This document shows, piece after piece, positions 25,400 through 29,925 of a stretch of 29,925 nt of DNA. The DNA comes from a virus. Taxonomy: Duplodnaviria; Caudoviricetes. The position numbers and the translations under genes were made by a program. The notes beneath the pieces were generated by a model. It was not told where the DNA came from. It was given only the letters and a program-made list of their open reading frames with translations, and did no database searches. Numbering within the stretch: position 1 is the stretch's first letter; each line of letters begins with the position of its first letter. The DNA lies in the IMG/VR virus record IMGVR_UViG_3300022181_000104, positions 1-29,925 of that record; one strand, written 5' to 3'.

Positions 25400-28230
25400 T
25401 AAAAAGGAGTTCCATCGTTAATAGCTTCGCCTTTTGGAAATAGAAGTGCCTTAGAAATCAAAATTACTCTGATACGTTCATTCCGTTCTCCTCCAGGAGG
25501 TCGAACAGGGTAAGAAAAGTTCTTTCTATTTTTCAAAAATGATACCCTTATAATCCCTTCCTCGGCCCAATCTCTAAGGATCCTCTGAGGATTAAATTCC
25601 CCTTCACGCATGATCTTATTAAAAGCAGTCGGATAGACACTAAGATATTCCGAACCAACATCGTAAAGTCCAAATCCCCAAGTAACACCGTTATGACCAT
25701 CCTGATGAAAGAATGCCTGATTCGTCTGAGTAACGCTGGCCAAATATTCCAGAGCTCTCTCGGAGTCTGAGCCACCCATAATTCCGTCTCCCTGTTTCGA
25801 TTGAACATAGTCTTCAAGGAGAACAAGACCAAATTCTAAAGCATCTTGATAAGCAATTTCCTCTGGAAGCCCATAAACAAACATCCCTGAAAGCATATCT
25901 GCTAAGCATAGTGTAGCGGTCATCGACATGTGAGAGATACCCCGATCCTCAACAATTGATAGAGCTGCAACGAATTTATCGTGATACTCCAAACAAAAAT
26001 CCCGTTTCTGGGAAACGAGGGTAATGATCCCTTGAATGAATCTCTGCCCGGCCGAACCGTGGCAATCTGCTGTTGCATTATAGAGACTTGCAGCAACCGA
26101 TTGATCCTCTTGGAACGGTTTTCCATAGAGCTCAAGCATTCGATTTTTGACACCCTCTTCAATGCTGACATCCGTAATCGGATGCTCTCCAGTGGTGATT
26201 GCTACCGTGCGCCAAGTCTTCGATTTCTGAAGGCCACCACCACGAATTCCCCGGGCTTTGGTCTTACCTAAACCAAGCATATAAACTAATGTCTTCACAT
26301 AATCGGATCCAGACTTCCCACCGGCAGCAGCTTGCCTTTCATCGATGAGCATAGGCAAATCTGTATACAATGCTGCCGTTTGTTCTAACCCTACCCGGGT
26401 AGCGTTGAAGCTGACCTTCAAGCTTTCTGGATCACCCCATATACTCATAGCAGCAAACCCTCCGGCGGTCTTGCCACCGCCACTTGGACCCCAAACATGA
26501 ACTAGGAAAACTCTCTGATTGATCAGTGCCATCAATGGAGCAGCAAATCCGGCTGCCAGCTGAGCTCTGACCATGGGATAACTCTTACATATATTCCCTA
26601 CTCGTTGAATCCATGAATCTAGTGATCCTTTGATTCGATAACCCTTCATCAAATGATCTCCACCAACATCAGAGAAATCCTCTTCGTAATTGTCTGCTGC
26701 ATAAGGGACGAAATCCTTGAAGTCATCTGTCACCCAGCCGAATCGTGAAATTGTTGCTGTCTGAGGTAGCTCTGGATTTTCTTGAAGCTGTTTATCCAAG
26801 AAACTCACGAGCATCTTCGCCGTTTCACTCGTGACTGATAATCCACGATCCGTGAGACTGACGATGTTCTTTGTCGTAAATACAGTAGATCGAGGAACGA
26901 TTAAGCTGTGCCAATATCCCCTTACTCCGGCTGATCGGAACGCAAGCTCTACTTTCTGCTCTTCTGAATCGAGATTTTTTAGTATTCTTGTAATCACAGC
27001 TGGTGTGCCGGATACCGGTATTCGAACAATATCTCCGGCCGGTGACTCTTTGCGCAGAGCTATTCCTCGTTGACTCCAATCAAAACTGGCCGGGATCCGG
27101 ATGTTATATTCAGGATATGGAAAGTTTTCGATTAAGCTATGTGCATATGGTTCAGAACCATCAGGAACTGGTTTTAGTTGTTTCGGTGCATTATCACGTT
27201 TCTTCAATCTTTGCTTTGTGTCTTGTTCCACTGCTGAAACACTCATACCGGTTCGTGGCTTGATCTCATTTGTGAGGAGAATCTTGTAATCGACTGGAGA
27301 CAGCTGCCACATCTCTACCATGGCTTCCATGAGATCATCCGGAACCGATGTCCCCGGAATGTATGCTGCTGCTTTTCGTTTGATCTCTTGAAATAGTTGT
27401 TCTTTGTCTGCTGGCAGTTCAAGAGGTGTAACTTCACCTTGATTGTATTTACCCGCTGAAGAGGCAATAGTCCTAAGTTCTTTGTCGTCTAGAGGAGGTT
27501 TACAGCGTAGTTGATTCTCTGATACCAATGCTGCAAGAATCGCTGTCTCAGACAATCCTCGAGCTCGCAAGCTACACGCTAAGGAAAACATCAATGCATT
27601 ACGCGAGCCTTGAGGAAACACTTCCGGCAGTTCAACCGGTGCATGAGACTCCGGACCGCTGGTAATCATTCTCATCCAACTTTCGGGACACAATGCCAAT
27701 TGAACATCTTTCGGATGTGATGATAACTCCCAGGCATAATCTTTCCCTGAGCTGTGATTGCTGGGTGGGACTACGATATAGCCACCGTCGCCACGAATAT
27801 CGACCGCAGGAGCGAGATTAACACGGTTCTTGATCTGAACATTACCCGGGTGTTTGAAAACGATGTGACGACCTCCGCCACCGGTCAGTGAAATCCACGT
27901 TTCCGGTAAGCTGCCAAGTTCATCTTCTAAAAGTAAAAACGTCTCTTCGCCATCTTCACCGTCAATATCAATGACGAAAATACCGCTGATTGCTCCCGTA
28001 GCCACACCAATATTTGCGTTTGGCCAAGTGTGCCACCATTTTGTGATTTGTTGTTCATCTAAACTAGCTTCATGTAATCCATTTTCGGTTCGAGGATGTT
28101 TTCCGGGTGAGTGACAGTTTGGATTCTTACAGCTGCAGACCCCGTCCACCATGGAATGAAGTGGAATTACGGCAAGTCGAAATTCATTCGCATAGATCAA
28201 TGCTGCTCTGCCGTTTTTTGATAGAGCCAT
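25399..28230 (-). CDS. Bifunctional primase-polymerase + PriCT + DUF927/Cch-like helicase
   Basis: CSC...GKHP, NIGVATG, VIDID, GG.H and DIRGDGGY (Prim-Pol); GSRN..MF (PriCT); GPSGGGKT, DE and TTGE (helicase). Confidence 0.9.
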   Translation of the reverse strand: MALSKNGRAALIYANEFRLAVIPLHSMVDGVCSCKNPNCHSPGKHPRTENGLHEASLDEQQITKWWHTWPNANIGVATGAISGIFVIDIDGEDGEETFLLLEDELGSLPETWISLTGGGGRHIVFKHPGNVQIKNRVNLAPAVDIRGDGGYIVVPPSNHSSGKDYAWELSSHPKDVQLALCPESWMRMITSGPESHAPVELPEVFPQGSRNALMFSLACSLRARGLSETAILAALVSENQLRCKPPLDDKELRTIASSAGKYNQGEVTPLELPADKEQLFQEIKRKAAAYIPGTSVPDDLMEAMVEMWQLSPVDYKILLTNEIKPRTGMSVSAVEQDTKQRLKKRDNAPKQLKPVPDGSEPYAHSLIENFPYPEYNIRIPASFDWSQRGIALRKESPAGDIVRIPVSGTPAVITRILKNLDSEEQKVELAFRSAGVRGYWHSLIVPRSTVFTTKNIVSLTDRGLSVTSETAKMLVSFLDKQLQENPELPQTATISRFGWVTDDFKDFVPYAADNYEEDFSDVGGDHLMKGYRIKGSLDSWIQRVGNICKSYPMVRAQLAAGFAAPLMALINQRVFLVHVWGPSGGGKTAGGFAAMSIWGDPESLKVSFNATRVGLEQTAALYTDLPMLIDERQAAAGGKSGSDYVKTLVYMLGLGKTKARGIRGGGLQKSKTWRTVAITTGEHPITDVSIEEGVKNRMLELYGKPFQEDQSVAASLYNATADCHGSAGQRFIQGIITLVSQKRDFCLEYHDKFVAALSIVEDRGISHMSMTATLCLADMLSGMFVYGLPEEIAYQDALEFGLVLLEDYVQSKQGDGIMGGSDSERALEYLASVTQTNQAFFHQDGHNGVTWGFGLYDVGSEYLSVYPTAFNKIMREGEFNPQRILRDWAEEGIIRVSFLKNRKNFSYPVRPPGGERNERIRVILISKALLFPKGEAINDGTPF

Positions 28231-28254
28231 CTATCCACTTCCTTTCTTTAAAAA

Positions 28255-28281
28255 TGAGAGGGGCTTTCGACACCCCTCTCA
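28255..28281. other. Hairpin between SSB-like and primase genes
   Basis: TGAGAGGGG CTTTCGACA CCCCTCTCA; possible terminator or attenuator. Confidence 0.5.
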
Positions 28282-28292
28282 AATGATTATTC

Positions 28293-29039
28293 TTAGAACG
28301 GGCTATCCTCATCATCTGCTGGGACCGTTTCCGCAATGTATTCTGTTACGTTCTTCTGATTGCTCTGAATCGTTGTTTTAATGTTCTTCACTACCTCCAA
28401 TACCGCTCGCTCGGTTTCTGGAGCGAAACGCTCTGCCACGGTGAATACAGGAAGGCTGTAGGTGATCGATTGATTCGCTTTGCTTTGCTGCTTCGTCAAC
28501 GTAATCTTGATCACAGCTGACGAGGTGCGTTTTCCCTGAGACAAAAACGCCAGGGAAACAAAGTTACTGAAAGGTCGAATTGCTGAAGGGGGTAAATTTA
28601 ATCGTATTGGCAGCGTTGATCCAGACTGCAACAGATACAACACATGGCTGTTTTTACATGCTTTGCCGATCCCGCCTTCTCCTGATCCAAATTGATTCAA
28701 GGGACATTCAGCACAATTTCCACCTGGTTCACCAATGCCAGTTTTCCCGTCAACGGAGCTGCAAATCGGGTTAATATCACCTTCGAGCCAATAACCATTT
28801 GCTGGATGATGATGTACAATGACACCGGAGAGCTCGGGAGAATAATTAGGCTTACTCGGATCATCCGGATTCGGGATCTCGAATTGAGTCATTCCACCAG
28901 AGGGAATTTTAACTCTGGGATACACCATAGAAAGTCCATCGGTCTCTTCTGCCATTTCCTCGGCAGTAAGCATCAGATCAGGATCATCGATAGTAACGGT
29001 GGTAGCTAGAGCAAATTTATTTGTAGACATGTTTTTCAT
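28293..29039 (-). CDS. Putative ssDNA-binding/replication protein
   Basis: Acidic SSB-like tail DDEDSPF; CxxC motifs; located in the replication module. Confidence 0.55.
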   Translation of the reverse strand: MKNMSTNKFALATTVTIDDPDLMLTAEEMAEETDGLSMVYPRVKIPSGGMTQFEIPNPDDPSKPNYSPELSGVIVHHHPANGYWLEGDINPICSSVDGKTGIGEPGGNCAECPLNQFGSGEGGIGKACKNSHVLYLLQSGSTLPIRLNLPPSAIRPFSNFVSLAFLSQGKRTSSAVIKITLTKQQSKANQSITYSLPVFTVAERFAPETERAVLEVVKNIKTTIQSNQKNVTEYIAETVPADDEDSPF

Positions 29040-29045
29040 CCTTTC

Positions 29046-29450
29046 CTATTTTGTGGCTTTTCTCATGCCAATGGATTTCACGACAAAGGTAGTAACTAGT
29101 TTTCCAATCCACTCCGGTAAGTTTCCGGCTTCATCGGCTTGCTCTTTGACGAAAGCTGTTAAGGTTTGAGCGTTGATGGTGGGTTTGACGATATCGCCGA
29201 AGCCTTTACGCTTTAAAGCTTTGATCAGCGATTCGCGATTAGCCACAGGACAGTTTGCGGTGATCTTTGTTGAATAAATGAACTTTGTGCCATCTACAGC
29301 AAATTCGCTTGTTTCGCTGGTTTCCATTTCAGTAACAAGCTTTTCTTCAAGCTCTTTTTCCTTTCGTTTAAGCTCTTCAGCGAACGCATCGGCTTCAAGT
29401 CGGGCATCTTTGGCAGCACGATATTCTTTGGCTAAATCAAACAGTGTCAT
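29046..29450 (-). CDS. Hypothetical phage replication-module protein
   Basis: SD GGAGG before MTLFDL; N-terminal coiled coil; IN.QTL.AFVKE. Confidence 0.6.
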   Translation of the reverse strand: MTLFDLAKEYRAAKDARLEADAFAEELKRKEKELEEKLVTEMETSETSEFAVDGTKFIYSTKITANCPVANRESLIKALKRKGFGDIVKPTINAQTLTAFVKEQADEAGNLPEWIGKLVTTFVVKSIGMRKATK

Positions 29451-29463
29451 AGTATTCCTCCTT

Positions 29464-29925
29464 TTATTTGAACAGTGATCTCCAGTCATCAATGATTTTG
29501 GCCGAGAGATCTCTTTTTTCTTGAACGGTTTCTAAGACGATTTCATCAATGGTCTTACTAGCTAACAGGTGTATTGCAGTGCAAGCATTTCTCTGCCCGG
29601 TTCGGTGGATACGAGCCTTCGCTTGCTCATAGTTTCCATAGTTGTAATCTAAGCTATAGAATATGCAAGTGTCTGCAGCGTGAAGTGTGATGCCAAGTCC
29701 GGCTGTCGCTGTCTGAGCAATGAACAGCTTCACATTTGGATCGGTTTGAAAGTCCTCGACAGCTTTCCCTCGCATCGATTGTGGTGTCGCTCCTTGGATT
29801 CGGCGAACTCCATCCTCGCCAACGAGCTTTACGCATATTCCGTTGATTGCTTCGAGCTCGGCCACGAAGCGAGCGAAGATTACGACATTTTTATCCTGGT
29901 ATATGAGGTCTTCCAAAGTGTCCTC
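29464..29925 (-). CDS. SNF2-family helicase, C-terminal part (truncated by window edge)
   Basis: VVIFARF, AGLGITL.AA, QA.ARIHR.GQ and TIDE helicase-C motifs. Confidence 0.9.
   Translation of the reverse strand, partial: EDTLEDLIYQDKNVVIFARFVAELEAINGICVKLVGEDGVRRIQGATPQSMRGKAVEDFQTDPNVKLFIAQTATAGLGITLHAADTCIFYSLDYNYGNYEQAKARIHRTGQRNACTAIHLLASKTIDEIVLETVQEKRDLSAKIIDDWRSLFK

Larger units (their letters stand above)
1684..29925 (-). mobile_element. Prophage (siphovirus, HK97-type head, probable cos packaging); continues beyond the right edge
   Basis: Complete colinear replication, packaging, head, tail and lysis gene order. Confidence 0.95.

Noticed and set aside
2266-29836. Numerous plus-strand and nested alternative-frame ORFs in the track (e.g. 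5523-5972, 9676-10134, 20670-21068, 21794-22228)
   Set aside because: Shadows of well-supported minus-strand phage genes; no motifs or SD support

Overview
Most of the window (about 1684-29925) is the left part of an integrated temperate siphophage of a Bacillota/Clostridia-like host. All phage genes are on the minus strand. In order they run: SNF2 helicase (partial), SSB-like protein, primase-polymerase/DUF927 helicase, iteron-type origin, VRR-NUC, Zn-finger accessory cluster, ArpU/RinA-like activator, HNH/TerS/TerL, portal, ClpP protease, capsid, neck, tail, tape measure, Dit/Tal/fibres, holin-amidase-holin. The prophage ends at a remnant resembling the guaA 3' end (TTEWE*, GAGTGGGAGTAA, 1684-1701), the likely att site. 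Immediately beyond it is an unannotated 798-bp non-coding transposon-like element (880-1677). It has TGT...ACA ends, repeated GGGCAA end sites, a perfect 5-bp target duplication (TGACT) and mirror-image C-rich/G-rich halves, consistent with a non-autonomous Tn7/TnsB-family element next to the guaA stop codon. A toxin-first RelE/HigB-HTH toxin-antitoxin pair is at the far left. Other notable items are a three-way-junction plus pseudoknot RNA in front of a free-standing HNH-like gene inserted after the capsid gene, a -1 frameshift in the tail chaperones, origin-like repeats reappearing near att, and a small CD1375-like gene missed by the ORF track. All family assignments come from motif recognition and gene order, not database searches.
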